Assembly (NCBI GenBank): GCA_024280975.1
Contig: JAMXLQ010000111.1
Coordinates: forward strand, 1-60,370
Origin: Methanosarcina sp.
Lineage (GTDB): Archaea > Halobacteriota > Methanosarcinia > Methanosarcinales > Methanosarcinaceae
Length of the DNA: 60,370 nucleotides
Direction: 5' to 3'
Position numbers and translations under genes: made by a program. Shown here in pieces: positions 41,201 through 51,065 of this stretch; within the stretch, counting starts at the first letter, position 1, and each line of letters starts with the position of its first letter. The notes below the pieces were generated by a model. That model had not been told where the DNA came from. It saw only the letters and a program-made list of their open reading frames with translations, and ran no database searches.

Positions 41201-42310
41201 GCAATTCAAAGCAGGTTTAATAGTATCATAGCCGCAGGGCAGAGTTTGTTAGCTTCTTGGCGCTCTCATTGGACCAATGTTACAAGCGCAACTAATAACG
41301 CAGCTTCAACGGTTTCTAGTGCCCTTAGTAACCTTCTATCAAGAGCACAGGGCATATTCAATAACATAGTTTCGGCAGCTCAGATTTTATTAAATAACTG
41401 GCGTACTCACTGGAATAACTTAGTTTCAGCCACTAACTCAGCCGCTTCAAATGTTGCAAGTGCTCTAAGTTCTCTGCTTTCGAGAGCTCAAAGTGCCTTC
41501 AATAATATTATTTCGGCTGCGAATTCTCTTTTGAATCAATGGCGCACTGTCTGGAATAATATTGTTTCAACTGTGAATAGTTATGCTGGAACAATAGCAA
41601 GTGCAGTTAGCGGTCTTGCTTCAAGAATAAGCGGGTTAGCCGGAAGTTTCTATTCCGCGGGAGCTTCTATAATGAATTCTCTTGCAAGCGGAATAACAAG
41701 CAAGATCGACAGCATAAAAAGCAGCATAAACGGGCTTCTTTCCTGGATTGACCAACACATGCCCCATAGCCCGGCTCAAGCAGGTCCACTTTCAAGACTT
41801 CCTAATTTCACAGATTATATTTCTACTCCCCTTTCAAAAGCTGTAGCCGCCGCGAAGAGCACAGCACAAGGAGCAGGAACTTCAATTATAAATACAATCG
41901 CTAGTGGTGTAAAATCAGCAGCTTCAGCGGTCTACAATGCTGCCTCTTCGGCACTCTCGAAAGTAGCCTCTCTTCTTCCTCATAGTCCAGCTAAAGAGGG
42001 ACCATTCAAGACCCTGCCAGATTGGGATTCTATATTCTTGACTCCTATGATGAAGTCAATTTCATCAGTAAGCAAACTTTCAAATCCTCTCTCTAATGCT
42101 CTCTCTAACATTAGGAGTCCTCTCAATACAAGCATGGCTGCAAGTCTTCAGAGAGTTTCAAACACCTCGAATATATCAAACAGCTACGGAGGCGATACTC
42201 TCAATCTCGGAGGCGTGACAATCTCAAATGAGATGGATCTACAAACTATTTTCTTACAGTTTGAAAAATGGACCGCAGAGAGAAGGAGAGCAAGGGGGGT
42301 ATACATGTGA
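38297..42310 (+). CDS. Tape measure protein (TP901 family)
   Basis: 1337 aa; GSTAGTSLR; Trp-spaced repeats; duplicated HSPA..GP motif. Confidence 0.95.
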   Translation: MSVGELVVSIIGDMSKLSGVFSKASAEVGNFGSSITSKVGPALSDIGKYALVTGTALGTGLVAAGVKSTMMFKDFESAVANAASVTGKTGEAFTQAKANISALSQELGQKTVFTTKQAADSLYYLASAGIDVSTMTSSQLVPMMNLASATQYDLAETTATTLSTLSEFGLGFESAGRLADVFAAACGQSQAKMEKLSLSMTYVGTTAKTVGMSLEETTATLGMLYNAGMDGSTAGTSLRGVLASLVSPTKAATETLAGMGVSVDKVNPVTNKFADIVQLLADKGLNANQAFQIFGRESAPAILALTSKTGDLKKLTEQLQAAGGTAQTMADEQLDTLSGSLDNLGGSIENIMINVGGALAPTIRSVAGSLNEMTPAIQDWLIAIIGAITGFVSKLSPAFDSIKTIGSVIIDVFQNIFQASFSNSNIGTGLADTISNIMSTIAGIVQKVTPIVQNGIITTIALFRNMVTWLSPTFENIKAILGDALNVFSSFFSGISGPVVFNVANSLAQGINFISGLLKSFADVISSALIAVAPTVKAIFGEIVNIMSGLADAVGPIWNQISNRFQMGIYVFEQFISSLSPLWQLIKNDFAMLVNTFRKFIPDISPIWDAISNKMKELPSILSNVVSGLGPVWTRIGSFLDAGLYQFKLFISNLGPTWTSIQSTFSQLPTIFNNAVSALTPVWNGLKSLFETGLTIIQSFVSNLGPTWDNLRSSFDSLITIISKVAPALAKFFESFGGTGASQAVNIGKALAEVVNILSGALAGLMRWLADNPKIVEFGLAVTGVAIAISTLAPIVASAVAVFWDVVGIIGMITAALESASILAIIGGISEAIVGFAATFLASITTIGSIAATIGAVIISPVGLIAIAVAALAIAWYRDWGGIQEKARAVWDFLATTANNLNTRLGDAYNAIIASGSLLQTRLGAAWNAIIASGQTLISMWGSLWSNFQSIITSAASSVSGAIAGLLSAIQSRFNSIIAAGQSLLASWRSHWTNVTSATNNAASTVSSALSNLLSRAQGIFNNIVSAAQILLNNWRTHWNNLVSATNSAASNVASALSSLLSRAQSAFNNIISAANSLLNQWRTVWNNIVSTVNSYAGTIASAVSGLASRISGLAGSFYSAGASIMNSLASGITSKIDSIKSSINGLLSWIDQHMPHSPAQAGPLSRLPNFTDYISTPLSKAVAAAKSTAQGAGTSIINTIASGVKSAASAVYNAASSALSKVASLLPHSPAKEGPFKTLPDWDSIFLTPMMKSISSVSKLSNPLSNALSNIRSPLNTSMAASLQRVSNTSNISNSYGGDTLNLGGVTISNEMDLQTIFLQFEKWTAERRRARGVYM

Positions 42311-42654
42311 TATTTATCTCCGTAACTTTCGCAGGGCTCCCGGTCACAGCTTATGACGATGGTAAAAAGAGTTTCACGATAACAGCGAAAGAAGTACAGC
42401 TCTGTAACGGTGATTATTTTGCCGCTCTTAGTCCTGTAAAACGAGATTTTCCACGCTCCTTTGACTGTTACGCGGCTAGTTATACAGAAATTTCCAACTT
42501 AATTAACACAATCGGCACGTTTGGCACACTGATAATAACAGGAGAAAGCTTCACAGACTGTTACATTTCTGGACTGAGTGATATTTTCGAACTCCGAAGA
42601 GGCTCAGGAAAATATACATATACTATAAAATTTTCGAAGGCTGATCAACATTGA
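42307..42654 (+). CDS. Distal tail (Dit-like) protein
   Basis: Position after tape measure; GTGA coupling. Confidence 0.6.
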   Translation: MIFISVTFAGLPVTAYDDGKKSFTITAKEVQLCNGDYFAALSPVKRDFPRSFDCYAASYTEISNLINTIGTFGTLIITGESFTDCYISGLSDIFELRRGSGKYTYTIKFSKADQH

Positions 42655-42791
42655 AAGAACAAGCAGCGGCAACTATCACAGCTCCCCTAACTGTTATTGA
42701 TATGGTTTCAAGGGACAAAGAAGGAAACATTACAGAACACTTAAGAGTTCATCCAGACGGGAGCGAGGAGGTGCTAGTATCTCGACACTAA
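42651..42791 (+). CDS. Small tail-region protein
   Basis: Read by hand: MKEQ...SRDKEGNITEH...; TTGA coupling. Confidence 0.5.
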   Translation: MKEQAAATITAPLTVIDMVSRDKEGNITEHLRVHPDGSEEVLVSRH

Positions 42792-43159
42792 CAGATAAAG
42801 CTTTAGAAGGCACGGCTAGACTGATAATAGGGGTATCCGCTCCAAAACCATATACTTCTATGGCTACAGGAACCGGAGCAGGGGCAGAAAGCTCAGGAAG
42901 TACAGCACTAGATACTGAGAACACACAATACGGAGCACAGAGAGCAGCAGCAACCGTAACTTATGTGAGTCTGGGAATCTCGCAGTGGTCTATACTTTAT
43001 GCATTCACCGGGCCAGTGACTATCCGAGAGCTGGGAATTTTCAACGATGACAATGAAATGTTTCTCCGGCACGTCCTCAGCGAAAATAAAACATATGCTG
43101 ATGGAGAAAGCGTAGAAATTACCATCACGAACACTAACGTTCGAGTAGCAGCAGTCTAA
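42779..43159 (+). CDS. Tail/baseplate protein (probable ATC start)
   Basis: LTDKALEGTARLIIG...MATGTG...TIRELGIFN; GAGGTG SD. Confidence 0.65.
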   Translation: MSTLTDKALEGTARLIIGVSAPKPYTSMATGTGAGAESSGSTALDTENTQYGAQRAAATVTYVSLGISQWSILYAFTGPVTIRELGIFNDDNEMFLRHVLSENKTYADGESVEITITNTNVRVAAV

Positions 43160-43174
43160 TTAGGGGCTCTTAAA

Positions 43175-43771
43175 ATGGTTACATTAAACATAATACCTGC
43201 AAATACTCCGGCTTATTCTGTTGATGATGCCGGAGCGGTCCATATAGTTCTCAAGGATACAGCTAACACTTACGCCGACGGAAGCAACCCAACTAAAGAC
43301 TTTATAGTCATTCCGAAGGCCCAGACAATGATAGCATTAAACCAGGCTTTACTTCTGGCAAAAGAAGACGCTATCGACTACTTTAGGAAGGAAGCGGAAA
43401 AGATCGCTTATAGGGCTCTTGTCCTCTCTGGAATGGCTCAGATTACTATACCGGGAATTATCTTTTCTGGAGACCCTGTCCCTTACGTTAAGACCGAGAA
43501 GATAGGGACCAATGCACAGGAAATGATTATCGCCGATTCTATCCACGTTCAGATAATAAACCCTGATATTTACGAGATTACTGCCTCGGTGATCGGGCCG
43601 GATGAGAACAGGGCTCAGGCCAAAACCGTAAAAATTCAGTGGAATAAAAACGCAGGGATCGACGAATGCAAGGACCGGCTCATATCTGCTTTCAGAAATA
43701 CTAAAGCAACTCCAGAAGACTCAGTAAAAGCACAGCTTAAACAGGGAATTGGAACAGTAATTCCTGAATAA
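43175..43771 (+). CDS. Tail-region hypothetical protein
   Basis: ORF in tail operon. Confidence 0.65.
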   Translation: MVTLNIIPANTPAYSVDDAGAVHIVLKDTANTYADGSNPTKDFIVIPKAQTMIALNQALLLAKEDAIDYFRKEAEKIAYRALVLSGMAQITIPGIIFSGDPVPYVKTEKIGTNAQEMIIADSIHVQIINPDIYEITASVIGPDENRAQAKTVKIQWNKNAGIDECKDRLISAFRNTKATPEDSVKAQLKQGIGTVIPE

Positions 43772-43775
43772 AGGA

Positions 43776-44168
43776 GTGAAATATTTGGCACTAGGAAAAG
43801 CACCAACTTTAATTTTGGATAATGTTACAATAGCTGCAAACACAGCAAGCAGCGCAAGCACCGGGGTAGACCTCGGGGCAGCGGTAGATTTCGGTATTGG
43901 GTATCAGATGACGTTTAACGCGAGTGCTACAAAAGGCGCGAGAATAGACCTTTTCGCGGATCAGGCAGGGGCCTCAGCCTCGTTCACTGTCGGTACGTAT
44001 GCGGACGCATGCGACTCTGGAGACGTACAGGTAGACTCGGGTCACCAGGTCCAGGGATTTATCCAGCTCCAGAGGGCAGCTCGGTATGTCAAGGCCAAGG
44101 TCGTTAACCTGGACACTGGGCAAAGTATAACAGCATGTTCTCTATGGGCTCAGGTGCAGACACCATAA
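43776..44168 (+). CDS. Tail-region beta-sandwich protein
   Basis: ORF; ARYVKAKVVN motif. Confidence 0.65.
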   Translation: MKYLALGKAPTLILDNVTIAANTASSASTGVDLGAAVDFGIGYQMTFNASATKGARIDLFADQAGASASFTVGTYADACDSGDVQVDSGHQVQGFIQLQRAARYVKAKVVNLDTGQSITACSLWAQVQTP

Positions 44169-44183
44169 AAACACGGTGGAAGC

Positions 44184-47100
44184 GTGCAAAATCCTTACCT
44201 CGCCTGGAAACATACGCTAGAAGTCTACGTCGCTGATTATTCGACGACTGACGACTTTTTGACTAATGTAATCCTATTATTCCGTCCAGGAATGCGGGCA
44301 GATTTCCGGGATATCCGGGCATCGACTAAAAACGGGACTAAAATATCTTACTTCACGGAAACAATAACGGAGTTTAACCAGGTCTTTATATGGTTTAAGC
44401 TGCCTAAAAACACCGACTTTTTTTATATCCACTATGGAAACGGCGGAGTAGCCTCGGAAAGCGACGGTAAAAAGGTTTTTACATTCTTCGACCATTTCGA
44501 CAAGCTTGATTCTACGGTCTGGAAAACTATAGCAGGTTCCGCCAGTGTCTCCGGCTCAATACTCACGCTTCAAAACGCATCACAGAGCAGCGTATTAGAA
44601 AGTTATTCGACTTTTTCCCCAAATACAATTGCAGAATGTAGAGTTCAATATCTTGCAGGAAACCGGACAATATATGGATATAGGAATTACAGCACTCAAA
44701 AAGCCGCAGCATGGCAGGCGGCGGCCTCCGGTGATGTCAATAATATAAGATTTGCACATAACGGCACTACCGGAAACTGGGATTCTGACGGAGTTAACAG
44801 GGCTGGCAGCTCTTACAACGTTTTCGGAGTTGCTCACCTGATAACAGGGCCGCTTTATTATGCTAATTATGCTTATCGTGGGACTATTACGGATTATATA
44901 CCGGGTAATGTCTCACTACCAATAGAATTTTATTGTTATTCTAATACAGGAGCTTTTAAGGTTGATTGGGTCAGGGTTCGTCCTTATGCTGCAACTATGC
45001 CTACCCTAACAATAGGGCGGAAATTTACCACTCAACCAAAGGGCTTCCCCTGGGACAATGCCATAAGCGCAGTTCATACAAAAATGGGGATGTATCCGAC
45101 AGTTTCCTTAAAATCTTTTTTAGGAAACATCAACACTCAAATTGGAATGAAATCAAGTGTAATGTTTAGAAAGCCTCTTTTTTATAATCCGCAGCTAATA
45201 AGTCCTTATCCTGCCTGGAAATATTCCGGCGAAATAAACATAGGAACACAGACAAGCCCAGCAAGGGTTAAGCTGTCTATCCTGCCAGGTATGGGCCTCG
45301 ATGGTCGAGACCTTAGATTTACAGATCTCGACGATAACGAGCTTAAGTTTAACATCTTTGATACTGGAAATGATTATTTTGATTGCTGGGTCGAGATTCC
45401 TGCTGGAACAACCAGGGTAAAATTTTACTATGGGAACGGAATAGCGAAAACAAAGAGCGACCCGGCAATAATTGGCACAATGCAATACGATACAGAAACA
45501 ACAGTAACCCCTACAATTGGTGGCGGTGGCGGTGTCTGGCCGCTACCTGGTTGGAAGTATCAGGGAGAAATCAACCTTTCCGCTACCTCCTCGGCTACCG
45601 GAGGCGAGCAGATCCTCGTGCCTATTCCACTGCTACCAGGCATGACAGTAGATGGCAGAGACTTAAGGTTCCTGGATACTGCAGGTAATGAGCTCTCTTA
45701 CTTCCTGGAAAGCTCCGCGGCTTCGACCTTTTCAGTGTGGGTAAAGCTTCCTGCACTGCATGATAAAATTTTCTTCTTTTATGGTAACGGGCTTGCAGTT
45801 TCCGAAAGTTCAGCCTCTGACGTTTTTGATTTATTCGACGATTTTGAGGGCTCGAGCCTCGGGGCAGAGTGGACACCAGGAGGCGGGACCGCTACAGTAA
45901 GCGGGTCCACACTGGCATTGGGGAACACAACAGCAAACAGTCTTATAAGAGGATCTACAGCCTTTGGACCGGGTTACCGGGTAGATATGCGAATGTATCA
46001 CCCAGACCAAAACGCTACTATATGCGGGTTCTGGTCTGCAGCTAATCAACGGGCCTGCTGGCTGGGTGCAAATGGGGCGGTTTACAATGATTTTACACAT
46101 ACCCACAACGGCACGACAAGCACATCAACGGACGATGGAGTAAACAGAAGCGGGACGACGTATTATACCTATGGGATCACTTACGAGGCTGGAAACATCG
46201 GGTTCTATGTTGATGGAGTATTCCGGCGAAGTATGACAGCTACTACCCCCTCAGGAAGTATCCCGATTGCATTTTATAGCACAGTAAATAAGGGTAATCT
46301 TATAGTAGACTGGGTCAGGGTCCGCAAGATAACAAGCATAACCGGGACCGTAGGAAGGAGAAAACTGAGAACCGGACCTGTGTATTACGAGACTACTACG
46401 GAAACCACTACTGAACATATACCAGATATCCAGATCTCACATCGGCCACAGTGGAAGACTCCGCAAATATATTATGAATTTATAAGGATTCCATCTTCAT
46501 ACCTGGGAATGGTCACAGGAGAGCCGACCTTTAAGGAACGTAGGGAGCTTAAAGACTATGCTATCATATCGGCTGAGGTCTCTAGGTCAATAAACGACGC
46601 TTATATCCAGCTCTCGACAGAGTTTCAAAATCTCACGGTCCCGCCAGAAGGCAGCACGATAAAACATAATGCGTATGATTCAGCTGGAAACCCTCATTTA
46701 ATCTTTCATGGTAAAATTTTAACCAACTCCCCTACACTCGGGAAATATAGTCAAACCGTAAAGATGCAGGCAGCCGACCAAACCATTAACCTATCTGTTC
46801 AGCCGGTACCATGGAATTATCAGGTTATCGATACCGGGGTCGATTCTGTCCCAATATGGATAAGTAGGCTCTTGGAACCTGAACAATCCGGGGTTTATCC
46901 TAACACGGTTATAGATACTAATAAAGAGCCTAAGCAGTTCGTTTTCGATCCAAAAACTAAACGCTTGGAAGCTATCAAAAAAATAGCCAGTTACGCCGGA
47001 TGTCTATATCAAACCAGGCTGGTAACCAGGGAAATAGACGGGAATACAGTCACTAGACCTGAGTTCTATTTCGTGCCCCCTGAGCGAATAGATCAGGCCG

Positions 47101-47897
47101 TTAATGGCTTTGATCTGCCTGCCCCTCTGGTCCTGGACGCTGCAGACTGTAAGCTCACCAGTGATCCACAAGTCACAAACGAGAGTGAGGAGAAATATAA
47201 CTCTGTCCTGGTTTACGGTGTCCTCAGCGAAAATGGGGAAACAGTGGTAGCTCAGGCGTTTTCTTATGAAGTATATACAGGGGACCAAAAGCCGAAGGTC
47301 TACACGATAAATGATAATACGATCACTGAGAAAGGCAGTACAGCAGAGAGAGAGGCTATTAAATGGCTCTTATATTTCCTCTCAAAAAGGGTAAAAGTTA
47401 CAATGTCTTTCGTGGACCGTTTTGACCTTGAGCTATACCAGCGCATCCGCTTCGGTCCCAGTTTCTCTCTCAAGCTGCAGGAGCTCACAAACTCGACCCA
47501 GGTTCATTACGTAGCAGCATGTGATCCCAGGGATACAGCCAATTCCACCCACTTAATCGACGTTTCTGGAGTACCTCGTCCTGCTTGGCTGAGGATATCC
47601 GATATCAGGCAGACAAGCGAGCACGCGCTCGAAACGATGAACATAACAGCTATAACAGATAATATTTATTCAGTTGTTGACCCAATAATACCAGCTCCGT
47701 ATAGCGATTACATAAGCCCAGGCTATTATAAGCCAATTATTAACGACATTGTCGATACTACGCAGTCGATAGTAGAGGACAATATAGCGAAGCAATTAAG
47801 CCCGGAAACATGCACGGTCCTGTCTATCAATACAGAAGATAAAACAGCAGTAGTGCAGACCGCTTCTGGAAAAATAGTAACGGTGTCCTTAGCATGA
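44184..47897 (+). CDS. Tail tip/hub protein with three DUF2341-like repeats
   Basis: Repeated PGM..D.RD(L/I)R...W(F/V)(K/E)(L/I)P...YGNG; two DWVRVR lectin-like domains. Confidence 0.85.
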   Translation: MQNPYLAWKHTLEVYVADYSTTDDFLTNVILLFRPGMRADFRDIRASTKNGTKISYFTETITEFNQVFIWFKLPKNTDFFYIHYGNGGVASESDGKKVFTFFDHFDKLDSTVWKTIAGSASVSGSILTLQNASQSSVLESYSTFSPNTIAECRVQYLAGNRTIYGYRNYSTQKAAAWQAAASGDVNNIRFAHNGTTGNWDSDGVNRAGSSYNVFGVAHLITGPLYYANYAYRGTITDYIPGNVSLPIEFYCYSNTGAFKVDWVRVRPYAATMPTLTIGRKFTTQPKGFPWDNAISAVHTKMGMYPTVSLKSFLGNINTQIGMKSSVMFRKPLFYNPQLISPYPAWKYSGEINIGTQTSPARVKLSILPGMGLDGRDLRFTDLDDNELKFNIFDTGNDYFDCWVEIPAGTTRVKFYYGNGIAKTKSDPAIIGTMQYDTETTVTPTIGGGGGVWPLPGWKYQGEINLSATSSATGGEQILVPIPLLPGMTVDGRDLRFLDTAGNELSYFLESSAASTFSVWVKLPALHDKIFFFYGNGLAVSESSASDVFDLFDDFEGSSLGAEWTPGGGTATVSGSTLALGNTTANSLIRGSTAFGPGYRVDMRMYHPDQNATICGFWSAANQRACWLGANGAVYNDFTHTHNGTTSTSTDDGVNRSGTTYYTYGITYEAGNIGFYVDGVFRRSMTATTPSGSIPIAFYSTVNKGNLIVDWVRVRKITSITGTVGRRKLRTGPVYYETTTETTTEHIPDIQISHRPQWKTPQIYYEFIRIPSSYLGMVTGEPTFKERRELKDYAIISAEVSRSINDAYIQLSTEFQNLTVPPEGSTIKHNAYDSAGNPHLIFHGKILTNSPTLGKYSQTVKMQAADQTINLSVQPVPWNYQVIDTGVDSVPIWISRLLEPEQSGVYPNTVIDTNKEPKQFVFDPKTKRLEAIKKIASYAGCLYQTRLVTREIDGNTVTRPEFYFVPPERIDQAVNGFDLPAPLVLDAADCKLTSDPQVTNESEEKYNSVLVYGVLSENGETVVAQAFSYEVYTGDQKPKVYTINDNTITEKGSTAEREAIKWLLYFLSKRVKVTMSFVDRFDLELYQRIRFGPSFSLKLQELTNSTQVHYVAACDPRDTANSTHLIDVSGVPRPAWLRISDIRQTSEHALETMNITAITDNIYSVVDPIIPAPYSDYISPGYYKPIINDIVDTTQSIVEDNIAKQLSPETCTVLSINTEDKTAVVQTASGKIVTVSLA

Positions 47898-49381
47898 CGA
47901 CTGTATATGTATCCAATAGAGGAACAGATGCTTATACAGTAGATGGCGCAGCAGACGACGTGCAAATTAACCAGGCTCTTTTATACGCTCATAACAATGG
48001 AACTGACTCATTACCCGTAACAGTTTATCTAAGAGGGCCTTATACTTATGATCTGGCTTCCTGGTTGCTAGTCGGAAATAATACCATTTTTACAGGGGAT
48101 AAAACAGCAAAACTCAGACTTAAAAATAGTGCAGGCTGGGCCGATATAGGAGATGGCACGACCCCACAGACAGAGCCTCTTTTAAAGCAGAGAGTTAACC
48201 CCATTCGAAACGTAGAGGTCCATAACTTCGAGATTGACGGAAATAAGGACAATCAAGCGGGCTATACATGGGGGAAGCTAAATTATATTATAATGTCTTT
48301 CTCAAATGCGACAAATATTTCCATGCACGATATGTATATCCATGACTCCCAAAGCGACGGGATGAGAATCAATCTAGGCGACACGCTTTATTTTTTTAAT
48401 AATGTAGTTGAGAGGATGGGCCATGATGGGTGTTTTTTTATCCGGTCTGACAATTTTATGATTTTTGGAAACAATACGAAAATTAGGACCAATAGCGCAC
48501 ACAGACTATGGAATACGGGCCATGGAAAAATTTTTAACAACTACATGGAGCCTTATGCTCTCAATTCTCAGAGCGGAAACCCTGGCATACAAATAGAGCA
48601 CAGTGACGATACTTACGACATGTCAGGAATAGAAGTTTATGGTAATGAAATCGTTAACGCTTGGGGGGAAGGCTTTTGGATAATAGAGTATGGTACGGGA
48701 CCGAACCAGAGCAACAAGGGCCTTTATATTCACGATAACATTATCAGGGGAGCTGGGCGGATCACTACAATTGCCTATAATGCCGGGATCTCCATAGGAG
48801 GCTGGAATGGTACAGTATTTGAAAGAAATACTATAGAAAATTGTTATAATGCTGGGTTCCAGGTTTATACTGCAGCAGGGGCAGCGACGACCCTATACTT
48901 ACGGGATAATATTATTAATGGCACATTGGAGAGCCTGAACGCTTCGAAACCTGCCTTTACGGGGTATGGTGTAGTATGTCCTGCCGGGTATAATACGACT
49001 ATCCAGGCTACTGGAAACAGCCTCGACGGGAACGTTAACGGGAATTACTACGGGACAGTGTCATATACCGATTCAATCCGTGTATCCTGTAGGATGGGAA
49101 TGTATGCAGCGGCTCCCAGCGTGATAGATCAACAGGAACCAACCGCGCCAGGAGGGATACAGTCCGGAGAATGGGGTATAGTCCTGCCGTCAGATGGTGA
49201 AAAGTACAAATATATTTTATATCCTTTCAGAATGCCCGAGGCAGGCGAGAGATGTTTGATTTATCCTGCACATTCTGATAAATATTATCTTCTGAAATTA
49301 GCTCAGGATGCACGACCGGGAGATAAAATTATCTCAGTCACTGATAGGAAGGGCCAGTCATGGGGCGTAGTCGGAAATTGA
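47894..49381 (+). CDS. Tail-associated disaggregatase-like beta-helix depolymerase
   Basis: DDVQINQAL, FEIDGN, MHDMYIHD, GHDG, RTNS, PGIQIE, IEVYGN. Confidence 0.8.
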   Translation: MTTVYVSNRGTDAYTVDGAADDVQINQALLYAHNNGTDSLPVTVYLRGPYTYDLASWLLVGNNTIFTGDKTAKLRLKNSAGWADIGDGTTPQTEPLLKQRVNPIRNVEVHNFEIDGNKDNQAGYTWGKLNYIIMSFSNATNISMHDMYIHDSQSDGMRINLGDTLYFFNNVVERMGHDGCFFIRSDNFMIFGNNTKIRTNSAHRLWNTGHGKIFNNYMEPYALNSQSGNPGIQIEHSDDTYDMSGIEVYGNEIVNAWGEGFWIIEYGTGPNQSNKGLYIHDNIIRGAGRITTIAYNAGISIGGWNGTVFERNTIENCYNAGFQVYTAAGAATTLYLRDNIINGTLESLNASKPAFTGYGVVCPAGYNTTIQATGNSLDGNVNGNYYGTVSYTDSIRVSCRMGMYAAAPSVIDQQEPTAPGGIQSGEWGIVLPSDGEKYKYILYPFRMPEAGERCLIYPAHSDKYYLLKLAQDARPGDKIISVTDRKGQSWGVVGN

Positions 49382-49417
49382 AAAAAAATAATATTGCTAT
49401 TACTAGCAATTATTTAC

Positions 49418-49957
49418 TCATTGGATTGTTCCCAGTGATATCTCCGTTGGCTTCGTGCTCCATCCTCCGTCTGATACTTGCAGTGTGGCATTGATTCCTT
49501 TTGGAACATCAAAGATTGTCTCGCCTTTTACCGGCAATCCGGGCTGAATCTGTTTCAAAAGAATGTTATCCTTTAGAGCAATCCATGCGCTTGAATCACT
49601 TTCAAAGGTTCTTCCTTGATCGTCTATAATTTTAACATCGTTAGAAGTCATAGTTGCAGACTCTTTTCCAGTATTTTCGATGGTCATAGACACAAGAACG
49701 TAGACTCCGGTTGCTTCTTTTTTAGTGTACTCGTCTCCGACGAAAGCAGTGTTCTTCACATTGGTTACAGTGTATGCGCGATCTCCCACTGCGACGCGAT
49801 CGCCTACTTTGTATGTTGTCGATGTTGCAACAGGGGTTGCAGTTGGAGCCGGTTGAGATGAGTTCTCTTGTGGCTGAGTATTGGTTTGATTGCCAGTACA
49901 ACCGAGGGTTATAAATACAAGTATAAAAATAGCTAATATATATCCTACCTTTTTCAT
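49418..49957 (-). CDS. DUF4352-like lipoprotein
   Basis: Lipobox LGC; VSMTIENTGKES, D.QGRTFE, QPG...GETIFDVP. Confidence 0.8.
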   Translation of the reverse strand: MKKVGYILAIFILVFITLGCTGNQTNTQPQENSSQPAPTATPVATSTTYKVGDRVAVGDRAYTVTNVKNTAFVGDEYTKKEATGVYVLVSMTIENTGKESATMTSNDVKIIDDQGRTFESDSSAWIALKDNILLKQIQPGLPVKGETIFDVPKGINATLQVSDGGWSTKPTEISLGTIQ

Positions 49958-50017
49958 AAAATCACCGAAGGTAGGTTATAAAAAAGAGTATTTAAACGTT
50001 TTTAATTTTTTCAATTT

Positions 50018-50146
50018 TTATCTATCATACCACTTCTTAAACTCATCCAAACTCGTCGATTTATTATAATTCCTTTCTTCCTCTCGAATTTGCTCTATAA
50101 GAGCTTTGTCTAAGTTAAAAGATGATGCTGCTATTGATAAAAACAT
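50018..50146 (-). CDS. Microprotein
   Basis: GGAGG SD before ATG 50146. Confidence 0.5.
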   Translation of the reverse strand: MFLSIAASSFNLDKALIEQIREEERNYNKSTSLDEFKKWYDR

Positions 50147-50359
50147 TATCAGTCCTCCTGTATAGGGGGGTTTTAGGAGATGATTATTAAGAATTATTCC
50201 CTTTTTGACTTTGGATTTAGAACGTGAAACCCGCATCCTGGCAAACACATATTTGAGTTATGCTTTTTATTGTTACAGTCATAAAAAGGAGTTTCAAAGC
50301 CCGGGGTTGTATATTTTTGCGAGTGTTCGCAGACTTCTCGGGCTTCTTTCCAGGACGTT

Positions 50360-50677
50360 TCAAACCCCATTCATTTCGTTAATTCTTGGCATAATAGAAA
50401 GATGAGAAATAACATGATCTTTCCAGAGAGTTAATGAAAAACAGTCATGTTCTATTGTTATACAGGTATCATCATCCCTCAATCTCAAATTTTTATTAGG
50501 AAATGCAATAAATTCAGGTTTATGAACCCTAATTCCAATATACATTTTTCCTGAAGGTCGTACGAATTCGCATGAGTCGATTTCATAATCCTTTACAAGT
50601 TCTGGATAATTTGTTTCCAGATAGGCTAATACGTCCGATTCTTCTATACATTTTGGTATCATCGTTGTTTCCTCCAT
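50360..50677 (-). CDS. Hypothetical protein
   Basis: ORF; GGAGG SD suggests the second Met is the start. Confidence 0.65.
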   Translation of the reverse strand: MEETTMIPKCIEESDVLAYLETNYPELVKDYEIDSCEFVRPSGKMYIGIRVHKPEFIAFPNKNLRLRDDDTCITIEHDCFSLTLWKDHVISHLSIMPRINEMNGV

Positions 50678-50696
50678 ATTCAGCGCAACAAAAAAT

Positions 50697-51065
50697 TTAA
50701 TGTCTAAGGGCTGGATTATTAAAGTCCTGCCTCAGCTCCTCAAAAGAAACTTCCTTCCTCTCAGTGTGTCCGCAGTTCTCGCACTTCCAGATTGCTACAA
50801 CCTTACAGGAATTGAAATCATACAGTGACAAGGATATTTCACCATGGATTGCTTCTGAGCCTTCTCTGTTAAGTCCTGCTGCAACAGCTTTTACCGTTTT
50901 TGTTCTGCATTCAGGACAGGTCCTTGTAACTTCATAGGCGTGCTGCCCGAAGCCTACAACGTAGTCTTTGAAAGCTCTCTCTTTGGCCTGCCTTCTGATA
51001 GATTCTATCCTGTCAGGCCAGGTGTATTGTATTAATCCTCTTACTCCTTTGATTCCTTTTGACAT
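50697..51065 (-). CDS. Zn-ribbon protein
   Basis: CPEC...WKCENCG. Confidence 0.7.
   Translation of the reverse strand: MSKGIKGVRGLIQYTWPDRIESIRRQAKERAFKDYVVGFGQHAYEVTRTCPECRTKTVKAVAAGLNREGSEAIHGEISLSLYDFNSCKVVAIWKCENCGHTERKEVSFEELRQDFNNPALRH

Noticed and set aside
44184-49381. Diversity-generating retroelement acting on tail adhesins
   Set aside because: No reverse transcriptase and no near-identical TR/VR pair seen; the repeats are diverged protein-level duplications
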